DNA of 59,090 bases, taken from positions 1 through 59,090 of the IMG/VR virus record IMGVR_UViG_3300046777_002911; one strand, 5' to 3'. The stretch is from a virus. Its lineage: Duplodnaviria; Caudoviricetes. A program made the translations under genes and the position numbers. Below the pieces are notes generated by a model, which worked only from the letters and a program-made list of their open reading frames with translations, ran no database searches and had not been told where the DNA came from. Numbering within the stretch: position 1 is the first letter of the stretch; each line of letters begins with the position of its first letter. Below, piece by piece: positions 8,435 to 21,457 of the stretch.

Positions 8435-11400
8435 ACGTGGTAATTTTCAAGATTTAATTAATCTTTCTGCAAGAATAACTAAAAATACCTCTAAAAGGAT
8501 AGGTGTTCAAACAACTCCATTAACAAGTGATATAGCAAAACAAATATTTGCACGGTGGAGCTATAGGTACACAGGCTATAGGTGCAACGTTTAGTTCTGA
8601 ATCTCCAGAGGCTTTTATTACTGCAGCAAATAATTGGATGGAAGAATATGTTACAGCATTGTCTGATCCAGCCAATCTAACATTAGCAGCAAGAAGAAAA
8701 TTTACTGGAGCAGCAAATGCAAACAATATTAGAAATCTTTTAGCTTCCGAACATTTAACTTTAGATATATTTAATAAAAAAACTGCAGATACACTATATC
8801 GATCATATAGAGACAACCTTGCAAAAATAGGTGATATTATCCAATCTGATTTAATTGGACTTCCTGGTCAAGTTCTTCCTTCAGAAAACCCTTACAGTAT
8901 TTTTACTAAGTTAATTGTTGATCCAACTAGCACTGCTGCAGGTGAAGGAACTCATCCGTTTCTTACTTTGTTATCAAGATTAAATATAAACATTTCTACA
9001 AGCGCAGAAAACATTGAAGATATAAAGTTAAGTAGAAATAGAATTCCAAATGTTCAATCTGTAGTTAGAGAATATCAAAGAAGTAAAAAATATTTTCCTC
9101 AAGGATATGGAATAAATCCAGTTTCTAGCGCAGAGCCAGGTCCAAGAGGAGCAATGAATATGCTTGGGTTTGATGATGCAGATATTGGTAAGGAATTTAC
9201 AATTCATACATTTGACACCGAAACAACTGGCAGGGCAACGGATTCTCAAGTTAGATCTTTTTCTGTGGTTGAAAGAAGGGTTAAGTATACTGGTAACGGC
9301 GAGTATGAAACTTTGTCTGCACCAAAAGTAATTATGAATAAACAATTTAAATCTGGTCAAATGGATATAGCTCACACCTATAAAAACGGTGTAAAAATGC
9401 CATTATCAGAAGCTACCATTTTAGACGAAGGTGCAGACACAATGCTTGAAAGAGCTAGAGCAGCTTTTGATGATGGTGGTAAAGTATTTATAGAAGATAT
9501 GAAAGAAATATTAGATTTGTTTGTAAATAAGTCTGATAGAGTTGGCGGACACTACGCTGAAGTGTTTGACTTGGACAAAATCTTCCAAACATTAATAGGA
9601 ACACCAGAATTTCATAAAGATAAAGAAATACAAAATCTCTATGCAAGGTTTCAACAAAGAAGGATAGAAGATCCTTCATTCTTTTTTGATACTCATTCAA
9701 GCGCGCAAAGATTATTTGATGAACAAAAATCTGTTCTTAGAGGAAAAATAATTGGCGCTCTTGGGGAAGAAACAGAAGCAGCAAAACAAGCAGCTGAACA
9801 ATTTATTGGAGAATTTCAATTAGCTCCAGAATTACTTGCAAAAGGCGCAACAACACCACAGTCAATGGAAAATATTATACTTAATACTAATTTTCTTCAA
9901 TTATTAGAAAATGAATCTCCAGATATGACTGAAAGTTTAATGAAAACTATTTCTCAAAGAGGTACTCACACAGCAGATGTTGACTCTCTATTGGAAGACT
10001 TTCTTGCAAAATATATACAAACAGGTAAATTGCAACTTCAACGTTTTCCTACTGCTGGAAAACCAGTTGGATTAATGACTGCAGACGCAGCAGGACAATA
10101 TCTAAATAATAATTATGAAAGAATCTCTCGAGCAGCTCAAGAATATGGTTTTATTAGAAAAGATAGAACTATGTCTAGCTTTGAAAATTATATGCGTAGA
10201 TCGGCATCAAGAAGCGGCGCTGTAACACCTATTACAAATATTTCTGGTGTAGATAGAGTATCTGATGAGGTATTCCAATTTTTGTCAGAAACAAGTACAG
10301 GACAACAAAAAGTTACCTTAGATGTAACTCCAGATATATTAAGAGATGAACTTGGTTTTTCTGGTGCAACTGAACATATGAGAGGACAACTATCTTATAA
10401 TTCAAAAAATAAACAATTTGAATTTACAAATTTTGGAGATAATCAAGTTCAAAAGATAGAAGAAGGAAAAGCAAGAGAATTTATTAGAAAAACATTAATA
10501 GAATCTAGAGATACTTCAGCGACTGAAAATATTGTATTAGGAACAACAAAAGCTGGAGAACAAATAACAGCAACTGTAAATCCTGGTCAATGGAGAACTA
10601 ACGACATCCATTTTACAAACATACAAGCTACAAAATTTGATCAGATGGTTGAGGCTAGAAAAATAGCTAGCACTGTAACAAAAAGAACATCACCAGTATC
10701 AGCGGAATCACTATCTATAACAGCAGGGTTAGACAAGGTGTCAATGACACCAGAAAACTACGCTAGGACAATTGCGGAAAAAGGATTACCATACGCAGAC
10801 TTAGATATGCAAACTCGCGTTCTAGCAGTAGAAAATGCAAAAGCAACTAGTAAATTAGGAAGAATAATCTTATCAAACTCTGCAGACGCAAAAGCTCAAC
10901 AAATCAGTAAAGCAGTAGAAGCTGGTGGAGATATTATTGCAAAAGAAAATATGGATCTTTTATCTGAAATGGGAATACAGTGGTTTGCTGGCCAAGGTAA
11001 AAATGCAGCATTTGGAACATCAGCTTTTGCCGACAATAGTTATTTTAGACTACCAACTCAATCACAAAGCGCTGGAAGAGCTTCAAAAGTAATTATGACA
11101 TCTGATGATTTTACTCAACTAACAATAAGAGGAAGAGCGGATGAGTCAATTAAAATTGGAAGTCAAGCTTTTATAGAAAGTAGATATAATAACTTTTATA
11201 GATCATTTTTTACAATGGGTGATACTCCTGCCGTTAACCAAGTATTTAACGCAAGTGGATTAAATGATGTTGCGCTAAAAGGTTTAGCTGAAGATGTAAT
11301 GGAATTACAAGTTAAAAGATTTATGTCAGAAACAGAAGATGGTGTAAGAATTGTTTCGCAAAAAAATTCAGTAATGCAAGATGACATAATTGCTTTGGGT

Positions 11401-12297
11401 AAATCAATTTTTGGCGAACACGTTGATGACACTTCATTAGTTGAAGAACTTTTTTCTTTAGATAAAGCAAAAAGACTTGCACATTTAGAATCATATGATA
11501 AATCACAAAGTGCAATTTCTAACGGTGTAAGTAGTGTTCAAAATTATGAAAGAACAGTTGGAGAGTTATCTACAACTATTAAAGAAGGCGGAATAGTAGC
11601 TTATACAAATACAGACGCAGAAGTAGTAGAGCAAATGAAGCAAGCTTCTGAAAGAGCTGGACTAGCAATATCTGAACAAACTGATGAATTAGCAAGAACT
11701 CAACAATCTCAAATGGTATTATCATCAGAAGGTGGAACTGGAGCCGCATTTAGTCAATCTCAAGACCTAACTATAAGAAAAGGTGTAATACAAGTAACAG
11801 AAGGTTTAGATGACGCAGCAGCAACAGCCGCAGCAACAAGAGAAGTTGTAGAATCAAACAAAGCAGCTTTTGAAGCATTGGGAGAACACGCTGGATTACT
11901 AAGAGCAGATGAGGGGTATGCAAGCGCTGCAAGAACTGCAAGAACAAAAGCTACCGAAGGAATATCTGCTCAAGAAATTAAAGCAGGAGCTGAGTTCATA
12001 AGAAGAAATAAAAAAGCTTTAGCTATAGGAGCAGCAGTAAGCTTTGCAGCCTATGGTGCTCATAAAATAAATCAAAGAAGAAAGGAAAATGAACTTTATG
12101 AGCGTACTATAGAGGTAAGTCCAGTTGAAAGTGGAACTAGACCTTATGGCATACAAGAAGCCTTAATGAAAGGAAATCAATCTTCTTCTAGAAGAGATCC
12201 TTTAGTTACTGCTGGTGTTGTTGGAAATTTGGATAGATCTAAGATAGGACATTCAATGATGGGAAGCGATAAGCATTCTCATCTTTTTGGAGGATAA
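8424..12297 (+). CDS. large protein, about 1290 aa, with a DnaQ/DEDDh exonuclease-like domain; joined across a +1 shift at CGGT 8553
   Basis: TFDTETTG, GHYAEVFDLD, HTADVD; hydrophobic C-terminal segment; ATG 8424 overlaps the upstream gene end. Confidence 0.75.
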
Positions 12298-12300
12298 TAA

Positions 12301-12939
12301 ATGGGTTTATTGGCAAATTTAGGAAAAGGCGCATATAAAGCTGCTACAAGTAAACCTGGAGCAGGTTTAATAATAGGTGGAGCTGTAACTGCTGGTATTT
12401 TAAAGAATGCGGCTCCAGCAGCAAGAGATGCAGCTATGGAAGTTGCATTTGGTGACCCAAACGCAGATGAAAGTTTCTTAGGTAGAAAACTAACTCCAGG
12501 AAGTGTTTTTGATGCAGTTGCTCCTGTTACTACAGGTGGAGGTGGAACAGCTGGAGCTGTTGGTACAGTTGGCGCAGTTGGTCTTGGAGCTGGTCTTGGA
12601 GTAGCCGCTGGAGCAAGATTAGGTGGAATGATAAAAAATCCAGCTGGAAGCAGACTGGCAACTAAGGCACTCAGGGGTGGGGCAATAGGTGGCATTGTTG
12701 GTGCTGGTTTGGGTGCAGCAGCAGTTGGCGCTGCAATTGAAAGCTATGTAAGTAGAAATGAAAGATTCTTTAAAGAGTCACCGTATGCTGGTAAAGGAAG
12801 AACCTTAAGGAGAGACAACATGCAATATGATCCAGGAATGGTTTCTGGTTCATACAACGTTTCATTAAAAAATGCATCAGACCTTAATGCTGATGGAAGT
12901 ATAGTGCTAGGAATGCACAACTTAAGAAAAGGTATATAA
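12301..12939 (+). CDS. Gly/Ala-rich protein with glycine-zipper-like segments (putative virion or membrane protein)
   Basis: GGAG SD; GxxxG runs. Confidence 0.7.
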   Translation: MGLLANLGKGAYKAATSKPGAGLIIGGAVTAGILKNAAPAARDAAMEVAFGDPNADESFLGRKLTPGSVFDAVAPVTTGGGGTAGAVGTVGAVGLGAGLGVAAGARLGGMIKNPAGSRLATKALRGGAIGGIVGAGLGAAAVGAAIESYVSRNERFFKESPYAGKGRTLRRDNMQYDPGMVSGSYNVSLKNASDLNADGSIVLGMHNLRKGI

Positions 12940-12942
12940 TTA

Positions 12943-14605
12943 ATGAGTGACGTTTCAGGTTCTATATATGATTTAGAAGCTCCACAAAACGCAGAGCAAA
13001 TTCCAGGTTTTCTTGGAAAAGCAATGCAAACAGAGGAAACAATACATGGTGTAACTAGTATTCCTTTGGTAGCTGGATTAAACCAATATAGAGGTCAAAC
13101 TACAATTCTTAAAGGTGGTTTTCTAGATAATAGAAAATTGTTTGCAACAAAAGGGCAAACTAAACTTAGACCATTTAGATCTGGAGCATTAACTCCAACA
13201 ACAGTGCAAAGAGCAGGAAGTCCATACGTTGGTGGAGTAAACATATTTGGTAGGCAAACTAGGCGCGGTAGAAAACTTGCCAAACCAAAACAAATGCATG
13301 GAACCAATAAATTGGGTAGGATGCTTGGAATGGGTGGTGGTGAAGGTGTTGCAACAGCATCACGACTTGAATATAAAGCTCCAATGTTTAAAGGATTTAG
13401 AAGACAAAACTTAACTTTAAATCCATTTGCTTTTGGTAGACACGCAAGTGTAAGCAGATTTGGTCCAACTGGACAAGGATTCTACGCAGCACATCAAGGA
13501 GGCGCTTTTGCCAACCTAGGAAACATGTTAACTGGACGGACAAGCTAATCCAAAATTTAGTGGTGGAATTTTTTCTAGACTTGGAGCTTTAAATAAAATA
13601 GAGAGAAGAGCAGCTAGAGGTCTTTCTACAGCTGGCGCAGATATGAATATAGCAAGAATAACTGCTATGAACAATCCTTTAGCTCTTATACCAAAACAAG
13701 ATGTTCTTAATGCAGCTAGGATGACTAATCCTCGTTTCCAAATTGGAGGAGTAGCTTCATCTCTTCCAGAAAGATTAGCAACAGCAAGAGCAACTTTAAG
13801 CACTCCAGAAGCAATGGCAGCTAGGTTTGAATCTGGTGGTCTTAACGCACTCGGTGCATCTTTGGTTGGCGCAGAAGGGGCAACAGCGTTAACAGTTGGT
13901 GCAAGAAGATTTGCAATGATGGAAGGTGTTCAAGGTTCTGTAAGTAAATCATTTATGCGCGGAATACTAACTTCTGGTGGTGGATCAGAAATGCGTACGC
14001 TAATGGGAACTGCTGGAATGAAAACATTTGGTATAGGTCAAATACAAATGAGCGAAACAGCAGAAAAAATGATTAGACCATTAGCTGGAGCTTTTGAAAA
14101 AAATGCAGCTCTCTACAATAGAGCATTAAGTAGAAATCTTGGATCAATGGGTAGTCACTTAGCTCCTTCTATGGCAGAAGGAGTAGTTGGACACCGAATG
14201 GGATTAATGGCTACTGAAGTAGTTGAAAAAGGTATAATTAAATCTCTAGGAGCTAGAGGGGCAATGCAGGCTGTAAAAAGCGGTGGAGCAAGAGTTGGAA
14301 TGGCGGTTGCAGGAGAAGCAGCATTAGCTGCAATTCCAGGACTTAATTTAATTTTTGCTGCAGACATGGCATATCAATTGGCTAAACTTGGTGGTCTTGC
14401 AGTTAAAGGTGCTATTAATTTTGGCAAAGCTGGAATGACTTCAATGCAGGGAAATATAAGTGGTGGTTTGTTTGGAACATATAAAGATGATGAGGTAAGA
14501 GCTACATCTAGAGCAAGGGGTGTAGCTGCAATTCAAAACAGTAGATTAAATGCTAGATCGTTGCTAGGCTCAGAAGGCGCAATGATGGCAGCTCATTTCG
14601 GGTAG
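12943..14605 (+). CDS. Gly/Ala/Met-rich protein, about 553 aa, joined across a +1 shift at CGGA 13537
   Basis: the join reads NMLTG-G-QANPKFSGG; the +1 frame is open from 13538 into ORF 13643..14605. Confidence 0.7.
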
Positions 14606-14613
14606 AATGTATT

Positions 14614-16471
14614 ATGGATAAAACTAAAGAATTTCGTAAAAAAATAGAAAGTCTTCCAAGAGAAGATATATTAGAAATTATAAAAGCTCAAGACCCAGAA
14701 TACGTAAAGCAAGTAAATAGAATTGAATGGGTGTTTGAAAATAAACTTCAACATATAAATTGGGTAGATGGTACTCCAGTTACTGAAAGAAAATTTACGA
14801 ATAGAGAACTAGCTTTATTAGTTGATGAACCATTTGAAGTAGATAACGATCTTCTTAATATGCGGAATATCAGCTGATCAACAAAGGCAAATACACATAG
14901 CTAAAGATCCTTGTAGATGGGCAAGACATTTTCTTAAAGCTGAAACAAGAGTTTATCAAACTTTGATTTTACGTGATCCATCACTTAGAAAAGTATTAAG
15001 AGCTGGTCGTCGTTTAGGTAAAACTTTTAGTATGGCAATCGCTTTGCTGCACTATAGCTATACACATAAAGATGGCAGATGTTTGGTTATTGCTCCAATG
15101 AAATCTCACGTTGAATTAATCTATCAAGAAATTTTACGCCTTGCAGCAAAAAATGACATAGTTATGAATTCAATAACTAGAAAAGTAACTAGCCCTCAAT
15201 TTATGATTCAATTTTCAAATGGGTCAACAATTAGATTCTTTACCTCAGGTATGCGTTCGGGTGGTAAATCAGACGTAGCCCGTGGTCAAGAAGCACATGT
15301 AATCGTATTAGACGAAATGGATTACATGCACGCAGACGACCTAGACGCGCTGTACGCCATGCTGCAAAAAACAGCTGAAGATCAACCAGATAAAGTTTTA
15401 ATTGGTGCGTCTACTCCAACTGGTAGAAGAGAAAGATTTTGGGAATGGTGCAGAAGTGCAAGATTTCAAGAATTTTGGTTTCCTTCATACTGCAACCCAT
15501 ATTTTTCTAAAGATCAAGAAGATGAATTTAGAGAGCAATATTCAGAGATGGGATACCGTCATGAAATTGAAGCAGATTGGGGCGAAGACGCAGAAGGTGT
15601 TTACCCTAGAAAATTTGTAGATAAAGCATTTCTTGATCCTTCTTGGAATTATATTCCTGAAATTCAATCAGCTAGATCATTTTATACAATTGGTGTTGAC
15701 TGGGACAAATACGGAGCGGGTACAAATATAGTTGTTCTTGAAGCATGTAATGACTCATATGAAGATGAAAGATTTAGAGGAAAAGTAAGATTGGTTTATA
15801 GAGAAGAAATTGATAAATCTGAATATACTTTAACAAATGCAGTTAATAGAATAGTTCAATTAAATGATTCTTTTAACCCAAAACATATTTATGTTGACCG
15901 TGGATATGGAGAAGTTCAAGTAGAACTTCTTAGAAAATATGGAACAGAAAATCCTAAGTCTAATTTAAGAGATAGAGTTAAGGGAATTGGGTTTGGTGAA
16001 TCAATAGAAATAAGAGATCCATACACTAAACTTCCTGTTAAAAAAGAAATTAAACCATATATGGTTGATAATCTTACTCAGTATCTTGAAAAAGAAAAAA
16101 TAGTATTTCCAGTTTCTGATGAAGAAATGTATTTACAATTAATTTCATATGTAGTAGTTAGAACTACGCAATCTGGTAGGCCAGTTTTTGAAGCAGGTGG
16201 ATCTGCAGTGGATCACGCGCATGACGCTTTAATGTTGGCTCTTTTAGCTATTACTCAAAATTATGGAGATTTTAGTAAATTAAAAGTAGCTAAAAATACA
16301 GAAAGTTTTTCCAACACATTCTTCATGCCAAAGCAAAACAATGCAAATGAAGAAGATGATAAAGATAAACCAACTTCTGGTATGATGGTTACTACAAAAA
16401 GAAACGCACCCCTAATGCCAAGTTTTGGAAAAAGAAAAACACCAAAACGTGTTTCTAGAAAAATGTTTTAA
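14614..16471 (+). CDS. terL: terminase large subunit, about 618 aa, joined across a +1 shift at CGGA 14863
   Basis: RVYQ motif, AGRRLGKT Walker A, VIVLDEMD Walker B, ASTPTG, GVDWD and DHAHDA nuclease motifs. Confidence 0.92.
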
Positions 16472-16476
16472 GGTAA

Positions 16477-18102
16477 ATGCCTATGTCTTTTATTAATAAT
16501 ATAAACGGAGAAATTTCTCCAGAACAAAAGATTAATGCTGATTACTTAATGCAAGAATCCTCTTCGCTTAGTTCGGGTGAATCTAATTTTGTTAATGGTA
16601 GTCAATCATCCGTTTTTAAACAACCAGGAGTTTCTTACGGAAATGATCAGCCGTATTCTGTTCCACTTAATCTTTTGAGACAAGAAGCAAAAAATATAAT
16701 TACTGATTTATATAAATTTTTAAATGATTTAGAAAATCTTTTAAGGCAAGTAAACTTAGATCCAACAAATAATTCAAATTTAGAACAAGCACATTCATAT
16801 GTATGGGGTGAGATAAATAAAAAAGACCATCCATTTCCAAAAATAGAAGTAGAAGGATATGTTGGAGAATTAAAGTATCCAACGCCACCATTCATATGCT
16901 TTGATCAATATCTTTACGCAGAGGGTGTTCAAACAAGGGGGTATAGAAAATTTATAAAAGAATATGATAATTTAATTTCTAATACAACTTTTGGTCATAT
17001 ATATGATTTTAGAGAAATAATTAAGTATTTAATCAATGAAGCTAACCGCATCAATTTTTCATTAGGTGCAGATTTCGGAGATAATTATGAAGACGACTCA
17101 CAACAACAAGTCGCATCGTACTATTTATACTGGCTTAAAATGGCAATCCACTATAAGGAACTCTTTGCCAAATCGATCACATCAACGCCAACAGGTTTGC
17201 CAGAAACCGAAGTGGATAAAGCAACTAAAAAACAAGCCGCTCAATTTCAAGCATTTTTTTCTATCAAAGTAAATTCTTTAACAACACTGATAGATAGTCA
17301 GTTAGATACCTTGCACAAAGATCTAGTTACAAATTGCGATGTTTTTTATTCTAAATATTTAAGTCCATCTTTAAAATTTAAAACAAAAGTTGTTTCTGAT
17401 TTTGCTCTTGATATAAGAACAACGAATATGAAAACAGAATTACCAAGACTTTCAGAAGAAGCAGCAATCGCACTATTGGCAGCGGAAGGAAACTTTAAAT
17501 CTGTTTTAACAGATCTTCTTGAAAGGCGAAATAACACTTCTTCAAAAATAGATTCCTTATACCAGGGAATAATAGAAAGAAGAAAATATACAAGTTATAT
17601 TTCACAGCTATCCATAAAAGCTATAACCAGAAGAAGAATTATAACAAATAATACAAATGAAAATTACGCAGCTCTTTTATCTAGTTTATACGTAGATGAA
17701 TCTCATGTTAATTCATTAAAATCAAGTCACGCTCTTTTGGATGATTTAAATGAAGACAGTCATCCACAATATTTAATGAAATCTGGTGGTTCTATAACTG
17801 GAGATATAAACATTGAAAATGAAGCAAAAATTGATGGCGTAAAAATTTCAAGCCACTCTCATAATGGAGTAGACGGATCTGCTAGAATAAGATCTATAGA
17901 TATAGATTATGATTCTGTTAGAATGGATATTAATTTAGAGCAAATAAATTCAGCTTCAAGAGAAATTAATATAACTGTAGATTCATTTACTCCTGATATA
18001 TTAACTGGTGGAGTACCAGTTGCCGATGTAAATATCAGTATAGATATACCTGATGAGTTTAAAGATAAATATGATTTTGAAATACTTTACGTAGAGTTAT
18101 AA
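16477..18102 (+). CDS. hypothetical virion protein, 541 aa
   Basis: long ORF in the structural operon; C-terminal DSHPQYL..GG.ITGD and HSHNG motifs resemble fibre proteins. Confidence 0.65.
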   Translation: MPMSFINNINGEISPEQKINADYLMQESSSLSSGESNFVNGSQSSVFKQPGVSYGNDQPYSVPLNLLRQEAKNIITDLYKFLNDLENLLRQVNLDPTNNSNLEQAHSYVWGEINKKDHPFPKIEVEGYVGELKYPTPPFICFDQYLYAEGVQTRGYRKFIKEYDNLISNTTFGHIYDFREIIKYLINEANRINFSLGADFGDNYEDDSQQQVASYYLYWLKMAIHYKELFAKSITSTPTGLPETEVDKATKKQAAQFQAFFSIKVNSLTTLIDSQLDTLHKDLVTNCDVFYSKYLSPSLKFKTKVVSDFALDIRTTNMKTELPRLSEEAAIALLAAEGNFKSVLTDLLERRNNTSSKIDSLYQGIIERRKYTSYISQLSIKAITRRRIITNNTNENYAALLSSLYVDESHVNSLKSSHALLDDLNEDSHPQYLMKSGGSITGDINIENEAKIDGVKISSHSHNGVDGSARIRSIDIDYDSVRMDINLEQINSASREINITVDSFTPDILTGGVPVADVNISIDIPDEFKDKYDFEILYVEL

Positions 18103-18103
18103 T

Positions 18104-19100
18104 ATGGCATGGTTTAAATATTTAGACAATACTAGCAACATAGCTAGTTCACCAAATCAAATCAAGTATAATTATCCGCCTCTAAAAAGACGGAATAATA
18201 GTTGACGCCCTTAAGGATTATATAACCGCAAATGATTGGTTATTTGTTGAATTAGGCAATAAAGAAATAAATTATGTATACAACAATAGCTTACTTAAAG
18301 TAGAACAAGATCACTCTTATTTGGTTGTATATGAAAACACTACAGCTCTAAGTACAGATGCAGCAACGCCAGTTGTTACAAAAATAATTGACGGAGTGCT
18401 TTACTTTAAAGCAGCAAAAAATCATGAAGCAAACACTCTTCCCTTAGGTGAATATAATTTGTATTATGGAATAGATTATATTAAATATATTCATGCAACT
18501 CCAGTTACAGAAAATAATCTAACAACATATCAATATATTGAATACCCAAATTCAACTATAACTTCAATGGAAGCAAGTCCTGGATACAGCATATATTACA
18601 GTGCAACTCCATCTAATGTAAATATTTACAGTACAGAAGTAAATAAGTTTTCAACTGGTTACTATAAATTAGCATATTTTAATGATGGATTAGATTGGGT
18701 TGATAATCTTTCTAAAAAAGATAAAGCAAAAGCTGTAGCAATTTTTAGCGGACCTAATATAAAAATATATGGATCAGTTGGCCCTTCTTATGGAAAAGTA
18801 AAAATTAGAATAGTTGCAAATAATCCAGCAGAAAATGAAAAAGAATTAATAGCTTTAGATTGGTACGAAATTGATTGTTATTCAACAGAGGAAAGTGAAA
18901 AAGTTATTTTCCAAAAAACAGATTTAGATTATCTTGATTATAGTTTAGAAATAGAAACTTTAGGTGAAAAAAATATACTTTCAACAAGTACTCAAGTAAA
19001 AATAAATAAAATTTCTTTTTTAAAGAATTTTAATTTTGAATTAAACGATCAAGTTATTTATCCTAATTTATCATTTAAATCAATAGGCGGAGTAAGATAA
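18104..19100 (+). CDS. putative virion protein, about 331 aa, joined across a +1 shift at CGGA 18191
   Basis: ATG one nt after the upstream stop; the join reads YPPLKR-G-IIVDAL; beta-rich C-terminus. Confidence 0.7.
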
Positions 19101-21166
19101 TGGCAACAATTAAAAAAACAATTCAAAATCTTAAGCCAGGAAAACAATACCTTTTAACCGTAAAACCTAAAGACGCAGATTTAAATGTAACCTTAGATCC
19201 ATCTACTGCAATCAGATTCAGTATTCCGCAAGATCTTACTCAACCAGCAGAGCTTGGTGACTTAACGATAGTTGGTAACTATAAATCAATAATGATTAGT
19301 TTTAATCCATCAAACGAATCAGACTTAAGAGGTTATAATTATGAGGTTTATTTACCAGAAGATATAGCGCAAGATGGTTCTACATATGTAATTATATCTG
19401 GTTCAACGCCATACCTTTCTGGCTTCTCAGCATCAAATGTTATTACTGCTGATGTTCCTCAAAATTCTGAAACAACAAATAATGTTGATGCAAACACTGG
19501 AGTAACAACAACTGTAACAACAGAAAAACTTTATTTTGCCAGAGTTCAATCTATTGACACATCTGGAAATACTTCTGCTTGGACACCAATAGTTGCATCT
19601 ACCGCAACAACATTTATTGAATCAGCTCATATTATAGATCTCACTGCATCAAAAATAACAGCTGGAACAATAGGTGCACATACAATTACTTTAGCTGGCG
19701 CTCAATCAATAATTAAATCTTCAACGTTTGACGGCGTATCTGTTGGTAATGGTAGTTATGCAAACGCAACTACTGGTTGGTTAATCAATGGACAGGGTAA
19801 GTCATATTTTTATGACGCAACAATTGTTGGTTCTATTGATATTGGTGGATTTGACTCTGGTTCTTTTCACGTAAATACAGATGGCGACCTATGGTCTGGA
19901 GCTGGAACGTTAGCGGCAGCACCTTTCAAAGTACTTAAAGAAGGCGATGTTACTGCCAATACAATTACAACAAAAAATCTAACACTAACTGGTAATACAG
20001 TTATGTCAAGTAACTCAAAAATATATCTTGGAACTGGCGAATACGCCAATACCAATACTCCGTTTTATGTTGATGATACTTCTAAATTTTCTTTAGGAAA
20101 TAAATTAACCTGGGATGGTTCAAGTCTTACGGTAAGTGGAAATATAAACATTACTGGTGGTAATACGCTGACCCTCATTAACAACGCAGAGTCCAACGCT
20201 TCTACTGCGTACAACACTGCAATCAGCGCACAAGGCCTTGCTATTACCGCAAACACAAACGCAGGCAATGCCTATAGTGCAGCTTTAACGGCGCAAGGAC
20301 TTGCTCTAACAGCCAATACAAACGCAGCTAACGCTCAAAATACAGCAGACGACGCTTATTCAACAGCTAATACTAAAATAACAGCTGGAGGAGCGGCATT
20401 TGATATTAATGGTAATGCAACTACAATAGATGGAGATAAAATCTCTACAGGAAGCATAACTGCTACTCAAATTTCATCCTCCTACGTATATGCTGGCTCA
20501 ATAGATGCAGGTCAAATTTCTGGTGGAACAATTAGCGCTTCTATATCCATTACATCATTTGGTACGCTTCAGGCTGGACTATCTCCTTGGGATGAAGGTT
20601 ATTGTATTTTTGGACAATCAGCAAATCCATCAAGAGTAAATGGAATTGGATTTGTAAATCCATCAGTATCTGGTTGGACAAATAATTTTTATCCATATAG
20701 TGATGGTGGAGGAAATCTTGGCACAAATGGTGGATTTAGATGGAATAATCTATATTACCTTGGTTCGCTTTTAGATCAATCTGATATTAGAACAAAAAAT
20801 ACTATTGAACCAATAGTATCTGGATTAGCTTTAATTAATAAATTAAATCCCGTTACTTATTATAAAAATATTTCTTATGGTGCTGGAAAAGTAAAAACAG
20901 AAGAAAGTGAAACGGGTACTTACAAATTGGAAGATCCCACTCCAGGTAAGCGCAAGCATTTTGGTTTAATAGCTCAAGAAGTAAAACAGGCTATGGACGA
21001 AGTTGGTTTTGATACTAATGAGTATTCGGGTTGGACTATTCAAGATCCATCTGATCCTGAATCAGAACAAGGCTTGATGTATATGGAATTTATTGGAATT
21101 TTAATTAGAGCAGTTCAAGAACTTTCTGCAAAAGTAGAACAACTTGAGAGCAGGCTTGATTCGTGA
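19100..21166 (+). CDS. tail fibre/spike protein with a C-terminal intramolecular chaperone (peptidase S74-like) domain
   Basis: FN3-like N-terminal region, ITAGTI repeats, SDIRTKN...LNPVTY...HFGLIAQEV...LIRAVQELSAKVEQLE. Confidence 0.85.
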   Translation: MATIKKTIQNLKPGKQYLLTVKPKDADLNVTLDPSTAIRFSIPQDLTQPAELGDLTIVGNYKSIMISFNPSNESDLRGYNYEVYLPEDIAQDGSTYVIISGSTPYLSGFSASNVITADVPQNSETTNNVDANTGVTTTVTTEKLYFARVQSIDTSGNTSAWTPIVASTATTFIESAHIIDLTASKITAGTIGAHTITLAGAQSIIKSSTFDGVSVGNGSYANATTGWLINGQGKSYFYDATIVGSIDIGGFDSGSFHVNTDGDLWSGAGTLAAAPFKVLKEGDVTANTITTKNLTLTGNTVMSSNSKIYLGTGEYANTNTPFYVDDTSKFSLGNKLTWDGSSLTVSGNINITGGNTLTLINNAESNASTAYNTAISAQGLAITANTNAGNAYSAALTAQGLALTANTNAANAQNTADDAYSTANTKITAGGAAFDINGNATTIDGDKISTGSITATQISSSYVYAGSIDAGQISGGTISASISITSFGTLQAGLSPWDEGYCIFGQSANPSRVNGIGFVNPSVSGWTNNFYPYSDGGGNLGTNGGFRWNNLYYLGSLLDQSDIRTKNTIEPIVSGLALINKLNPVTYYKNISYGAGKVKTEESETGTYKLEDPTPGKRKHFGLIAQEVKQAMDEVGFDTNEYSGWTIQDPSDPESEQGLMYMEFIGILIRAVQELSAKVEQLESRLDS

Positions 21167-21216
21167 TACAATCAAAGATTGAATTTTAAACAAATTAAAA
21201 ACAAAGGATATATATT

Positions 21217-21399
21217 ATGAGCGAAATGCCACAAGCAGAACAGAAAACAGAGTTTGTTGTTGAAATTAAAATCAGTGATAAGAATCTGGCTTACAAGAGT
21301 GATTTTTCAGAAGCTGAAACAATTTTTTGGCTTGAAGCAGTAAAAGATCTTATTATTAAGAAAACTTTTGAAGCCGCAGGGATGGCTGAAAAACAATAA
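21217..21399 (+). CDS. hypothetical protein, 60 aa
   Basis: AAGGA SD; TGATACAAT upstream. Confidence 0.7.
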   Translation: MSEMPQAEQKTEFVVEIKISDKNLAYKSDFSEAETIFWLEAVKDLIIKKTFEAAGMAEKQ

Positions 21400-21457
21400 A
21401 TTACAGCCTAGAGAAAATGGGTCTACTATTAGATATAGGCTAAAATAAGGATGTATT

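Noticed and set aside
8424-14605. Tape measure protein call for the large Ala/Gly-rich genes
   Set aside because: No adjacent tail tube or chaperone genes and no typical periodic repeats; the largest gene has exonuclease-like motifs instead.
14614-14963. Intron, intein or separate small terminase subunit explaining the terminase split
   Set aside because: Removing one nucleotide at 14863 gives a continuous frame; there is no intervening sequence, homing endonuclease or intein motif.
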